From a candidate division WOR-3 bacterium (GTDB lineage Bacteria; Hydrothermota; Hydrothermia; LBFQ01), in NCBI GenBank assembly GCA_039802605.1, contig JBDRWW010000009.1, positions 1-47,434 on the forward strand: 47,434 nucleotides of DNA. Reading direction: 5' to 3'. The notes beneath the pieces are model-generated. The model made no database searches. It saw only the letters and a list, made by a program, of their open reading frames with translations, and was not told where the DNA came from. Shown here piece by piece: positions 1 to 10,242 of the stretch. Made by a program: the position numbers and the translations under genes. Numbering within the stretch: position 1 is the stretch's first letter; every line of letters starts with the position of its first letter.

Positions 1-175
1 TAAGGGTGAAAAACTTGGTGTCAAGTGTTCGGGAATCTCCGATAGTGTAAAAACCCCCGGGGGTTGCCGAACGGTTTTTGTGTGGCTTCATTATTAAGAA
101 AACGCATTTATAACGCAAAAATAATGACTTGAATAAAACGAAACGGCCTTTTTAAAAAGGGGGGTTGCCGAACAC
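1..175 (-). promoter_or_regulatory. CRISPR-leader-like region with a leftward sigma70 promoter (-35 TTGACA at 24..19; -10 cut by the window edge)
   Basis: The minus strand reads GTTCGGCAACCCCCGGGGGTTTTTACACTATCGGAGATTCCCGAAC-AC-TTGACA-N16-TA|, resembling the inverted-repeat motif of type I-B-like leaders. The 14-mer GGGGGTTGCCGAAC occurs at 59-72 and 160-173, with an inverted variant at 27-40. The region is AT-rich and non-coding up to 379. Confidence 0.6.
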
Positions 176-379
176 CGTATAAAAGCAGTTATAAAGCCAT
201 AAAAAGGATTTAAAACGCAAATAAAATTATACTTTTTAAAACGCAAACAACGGCATAATTGAAACAATACAAAACCGCTAATTAATCAACTTGCAAAAAC
301 AACGAATTTTTCGCCTCCAATTTATCCCCGTGGTTATTGATGTCTTTGTGGGAAACCCTTCGGCGTTAGAATTTTCAAC

Positions 380-1723
380 TTGTATAAGGATATAACCCAT
401 TTCGTTGAAGAGGTTGAGGAGGGGGATATTTTTGTGGTTTTAAAGGGTAGGAGTTTTGATAATAGCGGTTATGTAAAGGAGGCCGTTAAAAGGGGTGCAA
501 AACTGATAATAACGCCGGTTGATGTTGATGTAAATGTTGAAAAGGTAATAACCGAAAACCCCCGGGTTGTGGCGGAGGAATGGGCGAGAAGGATTTATGA
601 TATTGAAGGTTTGGAACTTATTGGAATAACGGGAACAAACGGTAAAACCACGACATCTTTTATTTTGAGGGAAATACTTTCAAAGTGCTTGGGGCCTACG
701 GCATTAATAGGTACGGTTATTTGGGACGATTTAACTTCTATCAAGCCCTCGCAACTAACAACACCCGAAAGGTTTTACATTTATAGGTTGTTGGGAAGGG
801 CTAAAAGGACGGGTGGAAGGTATGCGGTTATGGAAGTTTCGTCCATAGGTTTGGACCAGGGAAGGGTTGATGGTTTGAGGTTTAAAGTAGCCGTATTCAC
901 AAACCTAACAAGGGATCACCTAGACTATCACGGCACTATGGAAAACTATTTAAACGCAAAGTTAAAACTTTTTAAAATGTTGGACGAAAACTCCTTTGCC
1001 GTAATAAACGCCGACGACCCCTATTCCCAACACTTCATAAACTCAACAAAAGCAAGGGTTATAACATACGGCAAAACCGGAGAATACTCCTTTGAAATTA
1101 CGGAACATAACATAAACGGATTAACCATAAAAATAAACGGCAAAACCTTTTACTCCCCCCTAATAGGGGAATACAATGCGTACAATATAACCGCGGCGTA
1201 TTCGGTTGCCAAAATACTGGGTGCTTCCGACAATTGTACATTTGATGTTTTAAAGGACTTCAGGGGTGTTAAGGGGAGACTGGAAAGGGTTTATTCCAAG
1301 GACTTCCATGTTTTCGTTGATTACGCCCATACCCCCGATGCTATGGAAAAGGTTTTAAAGGAGTTAAGACCCCTTGCAAAAAAACTTATAGTGGTTTTCG
1401 GGGCGGGGGGGAATAGGGATGTTGGAAAAAGGCCTTTAATGGGTGAGGTGGCGGAAAGGTATGGGGATATAATCGTTTTAACCTCCGATAACCCCAGGTT
1501 TGAAGAGCCCGAAAAGATAATAGAGGACATTGCGGAGGGTATAAAACACAAAAAACCCTTTAAAATACCGGATAGAAGGGAGGCTATAAAATTTGCCATA
1601 AACAACGCCAAAAAAGGTGATGTGGTGGTAATTCTGGGGAAGGGACACGAAACATATCAAGAAATAAAAGGAATTAAACATCATTTTGATGATGCGGAGG
1701 TTGTTTTGGAGGTTGTGGGATGA
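380..1723 (+). CDS. murE: UDP-N-acetylmuramoyl-L-alanyl-D-glutamate--2,6-diaminopimelate ligase
   Basis: GITGTNGKTTT P-loop, MEVSS, TNLTRDHLDYH, DYAHTPD, DNPR (meso-DAP specificity motif), GKGHE; TTG start. Confidence 0.96.
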   Translation: MYKDITHFVEEVEEGDIFVVLKGRSFDNSGYVKEAVKRGAKLIITPVDVDVNVEKVITENPRVVAEEWARRIYDIEGLELIGITGTNGKTTTSFILREILSKCLGPTALIGTVIWDDLTSIKPSQLTTPERFYIYRLLGRAKRTGGRYAVMEVSSIGLDQGRVDGLRFKVAVFTNLTRDHLDYHGTMENYLNAKLKLFKMLDENSFAVINADDPYSQHFINSTKARVITYGKTGEYSFEITEHNINGLTIKINGKTFYSPLIGEYNAYNITAAYSVAKILGASDNCTFDVLKDFRGVKGRLERVYSKDFHVFVDYAHTPDAMEKVLKELRPLAKKLIVVFGAGGNRDVGKRPLMGEVAERYGDIIVLTSDNPRFEEPEKIIEDIAEGIKHKKPFKIPDRREAIKFAINNAKKGDVVVILGKGHETYQEIKGIKHHFDDAEVVLEVVG

Positions 1724-3090
1724 CATACGATGTTGTGGTTATAGGTGGGGGAATAGCGGGGCTTTGGACGGCGTTAAATATTAAAAGGTTAAAGGTTTTG
1801 GTCGTTGCCCCAAAGGGGGAAGATTTGGCAAATACATATTGGGCACAGGGGGGAATAGCGGCAGCCTTGGATGTACAGGATTCTCCCACCCTACACTACG
1901 AGGATACATTAAAAGTGGGTAGGGGTTTAAACGACAAAAGGGCGGTTGCGGTATTAACCCATTACGCACCCGTGGTTATGAATATGCTTATAAATATGGG
2001 TTTTAGGTTTAACCCTACGCCACACCTCGAAGCCGGGCATACCGTTCCAAGGGTTTGGAATGTCGGAGATGAAACCGGTAAAAAGCTATTGGAGTTTTTA
2101 ACGGAAAAGACAAAACACCTGGACAGATTTTACGGAAAGGCCTTATCCATAAAGGCGGAAAACGGTCGAATAATTGGCGTTCAACTCTCAAACGGCGAAT
2201 TCGTTGAATGCCAAAGGGTTGTTTTGGCAACGGGGGGATATGCCGCCCTTTGGAAAAGAACAACAAACCCAAAAGGTACAACCGGCGAGGGGATACTCAT
2301 GGGGGCTAAAATCGGGGCATACATATCCGATATGGAATTTGTTCAGTTTCATCCAACCGTTGCGTTAACCGACCCACCAATATTATTAACGGAGGCTTTA
2401 AGGGGGGCGGGTGCGAAGGTTGTTGACGAAAGCGGAAAAGAAATAGCAAACCCTCTATTGCCGAGGGATGAACTTTCAAGGATTATTTACGATTTCAGAA
2501 AAAGGCATGGGGATGTTTTCCTTGACATTTCAAAGGTCCCTTTGGAAAGGTTCCCGATTGCCAAGAAAGTTAGGGAAATATTTGGGGATAAAATTCCCAT
2601 ATCACCCGCCGCGCATTACAGCATTGGAGGTTTAAGGACGGATACATGGGGCAGGACAAATATAAATGGTTTGTGGGCCGTTGGGGAATGCTCCAATACG
2701 GGCGTTCATGGGGCGAATAGGTTGGCGTCAAACTCTTTGATAGAAGGCTTAGTTCTTGGGTATAGGGTTGCCCTTGATGTTGAAAACGATATATCAACCT
2801 GGCCGAAATTTGAATTTTTGAAAACCTTGGAGGTTGAATACATTGAGGCGGATTATGACATCGATAAAATACGGGATATAATGGAAGGGTTTGTATCCGT
2901 TTCAAGGGATAGGGAGGGATTGGAAAAGGCCTTGGAGGGGTTAAAGGGTATGGGTGGGCTTGGGAATTTGGCTAAGATAATAACCTTGGCGGCCCTTTGG
3001 AGGGAAGAAAGCAGGGGTGTCCATTACCGCAAGGATTTCCCCACGGAAAGGGATGAATTTCGGGGCAGGTTGGGTATAAGGGTGATATGA
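1720..3090 (+). CDS. nadB: L-aspartate oxidase
   Basis: GGGIAG FAD motif, AQGGIAA, EAGH, MEFVQFHPT, TEALRG, AHYSIGG, GVHGANRLASNSL, ESRGVHYR; ATGA overlap with murE. Confidence 0.9.
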   Translation: MTYDVVVIGGGIAGLWTALNIKRLKVLVVAPKGEDLANTYWAQGGIAAALDVQDSPTLHYEDTLKVGRGLNDKRAVAVLTHYAPVVMNMLINMGFRFNPTPHLEAGHTVPRVWNVGDETGKKLLEFLTEKTKHLDRFYGKALSIKAENGRIIGVQLSNGEFVECQRVVLATGGYAALWKRTTNPKGTTGEGILMGAKIGAYISDMEFVQFHPTVALTDPPILLTEALRGAGAKVVDESGKEIANPLLPRDELSRIIYDFRKRHGDVFLDISKVPLERFPIAKKVREIFGDKIPISPAAHYSIGGLRTDTWGRTNINGLWAVGECSNTGVHGANRLASNSLIEGLVLGYRVALDVENDISTWPKFEFLKTLEVEYIEADYDIDKIRDIMEGFVSVSRDREGLEKALEGLKGMGGLGNLAKIITLAALWREESRGVHYRKDFPTERDEFRGRLGIRVI

Positions 3091-3782
3091 GGCTTTTGAG
3101 GTATATTCAGAGGTATTACGGGCTTTCGAGGAGAAAATCTTGGAATTTGATAATGTCCGGAAAGGTAAAGGTTAATGGAGAGGTGGTAAAACAACCCATG
3201 ACGGTTTTAAAGGGAAATGAAAGGGTTGAGGTGGAGGGTTATAATCCTATAAGATTTGTGGAAAATGTATATGTTGCCTTTTATAAACCACGGGGTTATG
3301 TTGTTTCAAAATCCGACAGGTTTAACAAAACCATATACGAAATCCTGCCAGGAGAATTTTTTCAATTAAACCCCGTTGGAAGGCTTGATAAGGATTCCGA
3401 GGGTTTACTCATCCTAACAAACGACGGCGAATTAATACACAGACTAACCCACCCCAAGTACGGCATAAGTAGGGGATATACGGTAAAGACAAAGCCAAAG
3501 CCTACAAGGGAGGTTGTAAAAAGGTTTTTGGAGGGAATTGAGGATGATGGGGAAATATTAAAGGCCAAGGAATGTAGGATAATTGGGGGTAATTTGATGT
3601 TTGTGGTATTGACCACGGGAAAGTACAGGGAAATAAGGAGAATGGCGGAAAAATGCGGTTTAGAAATCCTTATGCTTAAAAGGGTTTTTTATGGGAATGT
3701 AAAACTTGACTTGGAACCCGGAAAGTGGAGGTATTTAAGGGAAGATGAGGTTAAGGGATTAAAGGCCTTGGTTGGCTTGTAG
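3087..3782 (+). CDS. rRNA pseudouridine synthase, RsuA/RluB family (S4 domain)
   Basis: N-terminal S4 domain, KPRGY, GRLDKDSEGLLILTNDG catalytic motif. Confidence 0.92.
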   Translation: MRLLRYIQRYYGLSRRKSWNLIMSGKVKVNGEVVKQPMTVLKGNERVEVEGYNPIRFVENVYVAFYKPRGYVVSKSDRFNKTIYEILPGEFFQLNPVGRLDKDSEGLLILTNDGELIHRLTHPKYGISRGYTVKTKPKPTREVVKRFLEGIEDDGEILKAKECRIIGGNLMFVVLTTGKYREIRRMAEKCGLEILMLKRVFYGNVKLDLEPGKWRYLREDEVKGLKALVGL

Positions 3783-3839
3783 GTTTCACATGTTACACGA
3801 TTTCGTATAATCATACATCACCCGTATAATTCTGGCGTT

Positions 3840-5114
3840 ATGTTGTATATATTTTCTGCGGTATTTGTGGTTAGCAACGGTTCCGGTGGAAATGTTTAAA
3901 TGCAAATCCCGGATACGATACAATCGTTTTTAATATTCTAACTCATCGGTGGAAACTGCTGGTTTAGTATAACGCTTACTACAAACCCCCCTGCTATTAC
4001 CGAAGGGGTATTAATAGACGGTTCAACGCAAACGACATATACGGGTAATACGAATTTATCCCAGGGTCGCCGGTGTAAGTAGGGCTGGGGTTCCATACTT
4101 TCATCAACCGGTTTATTCAGTATCCAAGCGTCGAACGTGGTTATAAAAAACATTGCAATGTATAACGGTGGGGGTAGTTCCGGTAGTCAGGTGATTAGGA
4201 TAAGGCCGGGTTCTCAGAATATATTAATTGAAAACACAATCCTCGGTTTGAGGGCAAACGGTGTTCCAAGCGATTCAAAGTATATGTGGGATTTCTTGGG
4301 ACACACGGGGTAAAGTTCGGCAGCTCATCTGGTGGTCCAACAAACGGTTGGGTTTTGGATTCTAGTGAGATTTTCGGTTCGGGATGGAACTGGGATCAGG
4401 CGGACAACATAAATGTATATACGAGAAACATAACCATAAGGCACAACCTAATACACTTATTATTTTCGGCTCGGGAATAGAGGTAAGATATGATGGCGAT
4501 TCCGCAAAGATATACGAAAATACAATTTACAATAACGCTACAAAAGGGGATATTTAATAGTTGGGAATGTGATATTTGGAAACGGTTGGAGATTACCAGG
4601 TCCTGGTGTAGGTATAGAAACTCATTTTTAAGCAACGGGGGATTGGCGATAGACTTGGATTCAACGGGATTTTCTGGTTCCGCAGGTGATGGTGTGACAT
4701 GCAACGATAATTTAAGGCAAGTGGGGAATCCAAACGAACTAAGATACATCCCTTTATGTATGGGGTAGGGCCTATACGGGTGCGGATAGCGTGGAAATAT
4801 ATCTGGTTTCAACGCCGGATATGTTTAACTGTTTGGGGGAAGTCAATGGGCATGGTGAAGGCGGTTTATTCCTCGGGGCTTTAAGGGTTGTTTTAAACGA
4901 ATTTTCCGGAATTATAAGTTTTAGCAGGGATAACCAAATGAACACATCCGAGTTTTCGCAAAATTATCCATTACCTTCCCCTCTGAACTTTGGAGACGAA
5001 CTTTTGTTAAGGGAGTTGATATATAGGGGGAAGTTTGAAGGTTTCAAGGGCAAGGCTGGGATATATTTCATAAAAACCCGGGGGAAAACATTTAAGGTGG
5101 TAATACAACCTTAA
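3840..5114 (+). pseudogene. Fragmented right-handed beta-helix surface protein with remnant T9SS-like C-terminal tag
   Basis: Successive pieces in shifting frames: MLYIFSAVFVVSN, NANPGYDTIVFNI, PPAITEGVLIDGSTQ, IRIRPGSQNILIENTILG, GIEVRYDGDSAKIYENTIYNN, RNSFLSNGGLAIDL..GDGVTCND, VEIY..GEG..FLG, NTSEFS, GIYFIK..KVVI. At least 6 frame breaks or stops. Confidence 0.8.
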
Positions 5115-5125
5115 AATCCCCGCCT

Positions 5126-5659
5126 ATGTATGTACTAATGAATTCTAAGCAGATGGATAGGGTTTATAGGAGGTTGGCTTTACAGATCTGGGAAGAATAT
5201 GAGGATTTAGACGATTTGGTTTTTGTGGGTATAAAAACCCGTGGCGTTCCGCTTGCGGAAAGGATAAAGAGGTATGTTAAGGAATATGCGGGCGTTGATG
5301 TGCCTTTAGGCAAGGTTGATATAACATTTTATAGGGATGACCTATCATTGGTTGCGGAAGCCCCCAAGGTCAAGGGGACGGATTTGCCCTTCCCCATTGA
5401 AGGTAAAGATGTTTTACTCGTTGATGATGTTTTATACACCGGTAGAACGGTTAGGGCGGCTTTGGAACAGGTGTTTGAATTTGGAAGGCCAAGAAGCGTT
5501 AAATTATGCGTTTTGGTGGATAGGGGTTGGAAGGAATTACCTATATTCGCGAACTTTGTCGGTAAAAGCATAACGACAACCAAAAATCAGGTGGTAAAGG
5601 TTAGGTTTCCCGAAACCGACCCCGTTGAAGAAGAGGATGTTATAGTGGTTGAGAAATGA
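5126..5659 (+). CDS. pyrR: Bifunctional pyrimidine regulator / uracil phosphoribosyltransferase
   Basis: GIKTRGVPLA, DITFYRDD, LVDDVLYTGRTVRAAL, LVDRG..ELPI. Confidence 0.95.
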   Translation: MYVLMNSKQMDRVYRRLALQIWEEYEDLDDLVFVGIKTRGVPLAERIKRYVKEYAGVDVPLGKVDITFYRDDLSLVAEAPKVKGTDLPFPIEGKDVLLVDDVLYTGRTVRAALEQVFEFGRPRSVKLCVLVDRGWKELPIFANFVGKSITTTKNQVVKVRFPETDPVEEEDVIVVEK

Positions 5660-5874
5660 GATACCTAATTTTGGGGCTTTACATTTTTGCGTTTATATGG
5701 TTGATTCTCAGCGGGTTGAACCTTTACATAAATTGGAAGCGTTTAAAGGATTTGGAAAGGGAAATAGAGGTTAAAAGGGTTCACATAGATGTTTGGAAGA
5801 CCGAAATGGAACTTTTAAAGGGAAAAAATGTTAAGGATAGCATTGGGACAGCTGGATACAACGGAAAGAGATGA
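5656..5874 (+). CDS. Small membrane protein with coiled coil (FtsL/FtsB-like topology)
   Basis: N-terminal TM helix followed by a heptad-like segment; ATGA overlap with pyrR. Confidence 0.5.
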   Translation: MRYLILGLYIFAFIWLILSGLNLYINWKRLKDLEREIEVKRVHIDVWKTEMELLKGKNVKDSIGTAGYNGKR

Positions 5875-6586
5875 GGTTTTAAAAAAGGTAGAGGAATATT
5901 TGAGAAATCACGGGGCGGATGTTTTTGTCTTTCCAGAACTTTTAACCACTGGATACAAAGAACCGCATTTAAAAGCGGATAGTGGGGAGACTTTGGAGGT
6001 TTTAAAGGGGTTTTCAAAGAACTACGGTACCGCATTGGTATTTTCAATGGCATTTAAAGGGGATGACGGTGTTTATAATAGGGCTTTCTTTTTATACGGG
6101 GAACGGGAATTTCATTACGACAAGGCGCACCTGTTTAAACCCCTTGGTGAGGGTGAATACTTTAAAGCTGGGAAGTCTTTAAAGGTTTTTCAAACGGAAC
6201 TTAAGGGGAATAAAATCGTTTTTTCCTTGCAGATATGCTACGATTTGAGGTTTCCCGAAGTGTTTAGAAAATTGGCATTGGAGGGTGTTAAGATAATCTT
6301 TATACCCGCGCAGTGGCCACTGGTTAGGGTAGGTGTTTGGAAGTCCATGTTGGTTTCAAGGGCGGCAGAAAACGGCATTTTTGTCGTGGGATGTAATAGG
6401 GTTGGTGAGGAAAAAGGGGTTGTTTATGGTGGGAATTCAGCAATAGTTTCCCCCTCGGGTGAGGTTTTATTGGAATTGGGGAAAAGGGAAGGGGTTGGGG
6501 TTGTTGAAATTGATTTGTGGGAAGTTGAAAGGGTTAGGGAAAATATAAATGTTTTGGGCGATATGGTGGATTTGGAGATAAAATAA
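5828..6586 (+). CDS. Carbon-nitrogen hydrolase (nitrilase superfamily) protein
   Basis: E-K-C triad motifs FPEL, YDKAHLF and ICYDLRFPE; RAAEN. Confidence 0.92.
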   Translation: MLRIALGQLDTTERDEVLKKVEEYLRNHGADVFVFPELLTTGYKEPHLKADSGETLEVLKGFSKNYGTALVFSMAFKGDDGVYNRAFFLYGEREFHYDKAHLFKPLGEGEYFKAGKSLKVFQTELKGNKIVFSLQICYDLRFPEVFRKLALEGVKIIFIPAQWPLVRVGVWKSMLVSRAAENGIFVVGCNRVGEEKGVVYGGNSAIVSPSGEVLLELGKREGVGVVEIDLWEVERVRENINVLGDMVDLEIK

Positions 6587-6618
6587 AAAAAGGGGGGCTT
6601 TAAGCCCCCCAATTTTTT
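6585..6618. terminator. Bidirectional rho-independent terminator
   Basis: A-tract, GGGGGGCTT-T-AAGCCCCCC hairpin (6592-6610), then T-tract, between convergent genes. Confidence 0.85.
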
Positions 6619-6633
6619 GCCTTTATCTTCCCT

Positions 6634-9360
6634 TTACTTGCGTATTCCTATAACCTTTATAACCACCCTTCTGTTTAGGGAGTGTTCTGCTTCGGTTTTT
6701 GCGTTCTTTACAACGGGCATACTCTCACCGTATCCCCTGGCGACAAGCCTATCGCTTGTAGAGCAACCATTATTCACAAGCCATTCTACAACGGATTCAG
6801 CCCTAGCCTGTGAAAGCCTTAGGTTATAACTATCGGAACCCCTTTCATCCGTATGACCCTGAACTTCTACAATTGCATCGGGGTTTTCTTTGAGGAATTC
6901 GCAAATTTGTCTCAAAGCGGGTTCGGCATCGGGCCTAAGGGTTGCCTTGTTAAGGTCAAAGTATATGTTCCTAAATGTTATCTCCGTCCCCTTCTTCACG
7001 AGTTCAAAGGTTATATCCTTAATATCCTTGCTTACGACCACGGTCCTAACCTGTGCCACATACTTGGGGTCTTTACCGCTAACCCTTATCGTATATGTAC
7101 CCGCGGGTATGTCCCTTATCGTAACGGAACCGCTAGTTGGATCGGTCTCATAAGGACCTATGTTTGCACCTTCAAAGGTTATAATGGCCGCCAAAGGTTT
7201 CTTATCGTCTTTGTCTATAACGTTTATTACAAGTCCTCCCTTTACAATTGATGGTTTAAGGGTAAAGTTTTTAACATTTTCACCCTCGTTCAACTTTACA
7301 ACTTCTGTATAAGTCTCATAATCCATAGAGCTAACCTTTATTGTATATGTACCGACGGCTATGTTTTCAATCCTATAAATTCCCCCTTCCAATGTGGTGG
7401 TTGAAGCAACACCCTCAACGCTAACAACGGCGCCGACTATACCCCTACCGCTTTCCGCATCGGAGACCTTACCCAAAAGGGTTGCGGTTTTCTTCTTTGG
7501 AACGGGTGAAAGCATTACCTTCATCGTATAAGGTTGCCCACCGGATAGGGTTATTATCTCGGAATAAGGCAGATATCCCTCCGCGGAGAATGACAACGTA
7601 TATGCCCCATAGGGAAGGCTATCAAACCTGAAAGCACCCGTCTGATCTGTGGTAAGGGTTTTGTTCTTCTCCTTCAACACTACTTGAACACCCGCAATTG
7701 GCGTATTCTTTTCCTTGTCATAAACTAAACCGGTTATATAGCCGAGTTTAACCTCCTCAGTCTTTTGAACTCCAACTTCCGCTTTTGTTAAGTATCCATC
7801 CTTTACTACGGGTTTATCCTCAACGGCAACAGACGCGGAGAAGGATTGATAACCCGGAGCGGTGAATATAAGGGTATAGGCACCGGGAACAATATTTTCT
7901 ACCTTGTAAGAACCGTCGTCATCGGTGGTTACCTCAACATTCAATTCCTTTACCAAAACCCTTGCGCCACCTATCGGCCTGTTAGTTTCCCTATCATAGA
8001 CTACACCCGTTATATAAACCGCCTTTGCTGGAACCAACTCAACATTTGCTATTGATGGTTGCCCGGGCTTTACATCTACAACCCTTGTAGAAGTCGCATA
8101 ACCCTTCGCCTGAAAGATCAATGTGTATGAACCGGGTTCAACATTCTCGAACTTGTAAGCGCCATCATCACCCGTGATAACACTTACATTCTTTTCTTTC
8201 AAGAAAACCGTTACATTTCCGAGGGTTTTGCCGCTTGACTTATCAAATACAACGCCCGCTATATAGGTGGGTAATACCTTCTCTTCCTTTTTCTCGGGCT
8301 TCTTTTCTATTGGCACAAAAGTATAACTCAAACCGAGCCAAACTCCAACAGTGGGATCCCATACCGTGGGAAACCAAAACTTTGGTTTTGTTAGTTCGTT
8401 CTGTCTGCCGGAGGTATCCATTGCCAAATATGTATCCCATGCCGGGGGATATTTTGTCCTATTTGTGTTTATTGTTTTCCCATCAAACCAGAAGATCTTT
8501 TCAACACCAATTGTTATGATGAAACCATTTGCATCAAGGTTAAAACCTCCGGTCATATAGAAGGGGGAGTCCCCATAAACATCCCTTCCCTTGTAAAAGT
8601 CTTCAAGGGCAACCTCAAAGAACGGGTGGAAACCGGGTAATGTGAAGATTACAGAGCCCCCATAAAACATTATGTCATCGTTTTTATCCGAAAGGCTTTT
8701 CGTATCAAAACCGTAGTTTAGGTGTATTTGCATATATTTATTACTCGGAAGGAAGGACAGTATTCCCCTTACACCATAACCCTGATCGTAGAGCGAGAAT
8801 GTCCTGAAAACACCACCCCTCTGGAACCATCCACGGGTATCGGATATAAACTTGTCGCCGCTTGTATCTCTTTTATCCGCTATTTGGATGTTTGATATGT
8901 TTGGGAATGAATAGAACCCGGCGACGCCGAGGGAGAAGGATATGTTTTCAAAGTGTATAGGATACATTATCTTACCCGCAAGGAGCATATCCCCGGGTCC
9001 ATGTGAATGTATATTATCGGGGTATTTCCTCGTGCCGTCGGGATTGTTTTTATCCCAAGCATCAAAGTGATACGAACCCATTACGGCCAACTCAAAAAAC
9101 CTTGTACCGTATCCGAGTCCAAACAGGTCGCTTGCGGAGTAAAAGCCGTCGATATAGTCCTTGGGTTGCAGATCCGTTGCTAAGTCTCGGAATGTGTTCC
9201 CGTTGTTTATCCATCCGTACGCCTGCGAGAAGTTGAGGACGAGACCGAAGCTCCCGTATTGGCCGCCTACATAGTTGGGGCCAAGCGCGCTTATCGTCCT
9301 GCGAACCCCCGAAAGGGTGTAGTACGAGGGTCCATAAGCCAATAGAATTAACTCCAACAT
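6634..9360 (-). CDS. OmpA-family outer-membrane protein: putative N-terminal beta-barrel, 5 carboxypeptidase-regulatory-like repeats, OmpA_C domain
   Basis: C-terminal IYFD..GHTD..N..LS..RA..GYGE..NRRV; five GxVxD....I.G..V...T...G.Y....G.YT repeats; aromatic alternating N-region ending GLSYTF. Confidence 0.85.
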   Translation of the reverse strand: MLELILLAYGPSYYTLSGVRRTISALGPNYVGGQYGSFGLVLNFSQAYGWINNGNTFRDLATDLQPKDYIDGFYSASDLFGLGYGTRFFELAVMGSYHFDAWDKNNPDGTRKYPDNIHSHGPGDMLLAGKIMYPIHFENISFSLGVAGFYSFPNISNIQIADKRDTSGDKFISDTRGWFQRGGVFRTFSLYDQGYGVRGILSFLPSNKYMQIHLNYGFDTKSLSDKNDDIMFYGGSVIFTLPGFHPFFEVALEDFYKGRDVYGDSPFYMTGGFNLDANGFIITIGVEKIFWFDGKTINTNRTKYPPAWDTYLAMDTSGRQNELTKPKFWFPTVWDPTVGVWLGLSYTFVPIEKKPEKKEEKVLPTYIAGVVFDKSSGKTLGNVTVFLKEKNVSVITGDDGAYKFENVEPGSYTLIFQAKGYATSTRVVDVKPGQPSIANVELVPAKAVYITGVVYDRETNRPIGGARVLVKELNVEVTTDDDGSYKVENIVPGAYTLIFTAPGYQSFSASVAVEDKPVVKDGYLTKAEVGVQKTEEVKLGYITGLVYDKEKNTPIAGVQVVLKEKNKTLTTDQTGAFRFDSLPYGAYTLSFSAEGYLPYSEIITLSGGQPYTMKVMLSPVPKKKTATLLGKVSDAESGRGIVGAVVSVEGVASTTTLEGGIYRIENIAVGTYTIKVSSMDYETYTEVVKLNEGENVKNFTLKPSIVKGGLVINVIDKDDKKPLAAIITFEGANIGPYETDPTSGSVTIRDIPAGTYTIRVSGKDPKYVAQVRTVVVSKDIKDITFELVKKGTEITFRNIYFDLNKATLRPDAEPALRQICEFLKENPDAIVEVQGHTDERGSDSYNLRLSQARAESVVEWLVNNGCSTSDRLVARGYGESMPVVKNAKTEAEHSLNRRVVIKVIGIRK

Positions 9361-9486
9361 AACTTTTTATTCTAAGGGTGAAGAAGTTAATGAGGGGGAA
9401 ATCCATTACCACTTAATGTTAAAGCCTTTTGCGTTCTCTATAAGGTAGCAATTTATAAACAAAACACTTGTAGAATACCTTCCTTT

Positions 9487-10242
9487 ATGAATGTAAAAAT
9501 TGATGTTAAAAATCTCAACTTCTATTACGGAAGTAAGCAGGTTTTGTATGGAATAACCATGCCCATTTATGAGAAAAAGATAACGGCCATTATAGGGCCT
9601 TCGGGTTGCGGTAAAACCACATTTATAAGGGTTTTAAACAGGATGTATGAGAATGTTGAGGGTACAAGGGCGGAAGGGGAAGTTCTCCTTGACGGGAAAA
9701 ACATCTTATCAAAGGATTACGATTTGATAGAATTGCGATCCAAGGTTGGTATGGTTTTCCAAAAACCAAACCCCTTTCCCAAATCAATTTTCGAAAATGT
9801 TGCCTATGGTTTGAAGATAAGGGGGATTAGGGATAAAACATTTATATACGAAAAGGTAAAGGATGCGCTTATGAAAGCGGCGTTATGGGATGAGGTTAAG
9901 GATAGGTTAAACGATCACGCATACTCCTTATCCGGGGGGCAACAGCAAAGGCTGTGTATAGCAAGGGCCTTGGCCGTTGATCCGGAAGTATTATTGTTTG
10001 ACGAACCGACGAGTGCCATAGATCCCATAGGTACCGCAAAAATAGAGGTTCTTATGAGAGAACTGTCTCACAACATAACCATAGTCCTCGTCACCCATAG
10101 CATGCATCAGGCGGCAAGGGTTTCAGATTATACCGCCTTCTTCCATAGCGGAAAGCTCATAGAATTTGGAGAAACAAAGCAAATATTCGTAAAACCCAAA
10201 GAAAAGCTTACGGAAGATTACATCACCGGGAAGTTTGGATGA
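9487..10242 (+). CDS. pstB: Phosphate ABC transporter ATP-binding protein
   Basis: [48 protein letters not shown] terminus. Confidence 0.96.
   Translation: MNVKIDVKNLNFYYGSKQVLYGITMPIYEKKITAIIGPSGCGKTTFIRVLNRMYENVEGTRAEGEVLLDGKNILSKDYDLIELRSKVGMVFQKPNPFPKSIFENVAYGLKIRGIRDKTFIYEKVKDALMKAALWDEVKDRLNDHAYSLSGGQQQRLCIARALAVDPEVLLFDEPTSAIDPIGTAKIEVLMRELSHNITIVLVTHSMHQAARVSDYTAFFHSGKLIEFGETKQIFVKPKEKLTEDYITGKFG

Noticed and set aside
3840..5114. Stop-codon recoding or programmed frameshifting as an explanation for the fragments
   Set aside because: The breaks are multiple frame changes and apparent deletions, and TAA, TAG and TGA all terminate intact genes in the window.
5100..5126. PyrR-binding attenuator upstream of pyrR
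   Set aside because: The -10 box is 8 nt from the ATG, leaving no leader, and no binding-loop motif was seen.
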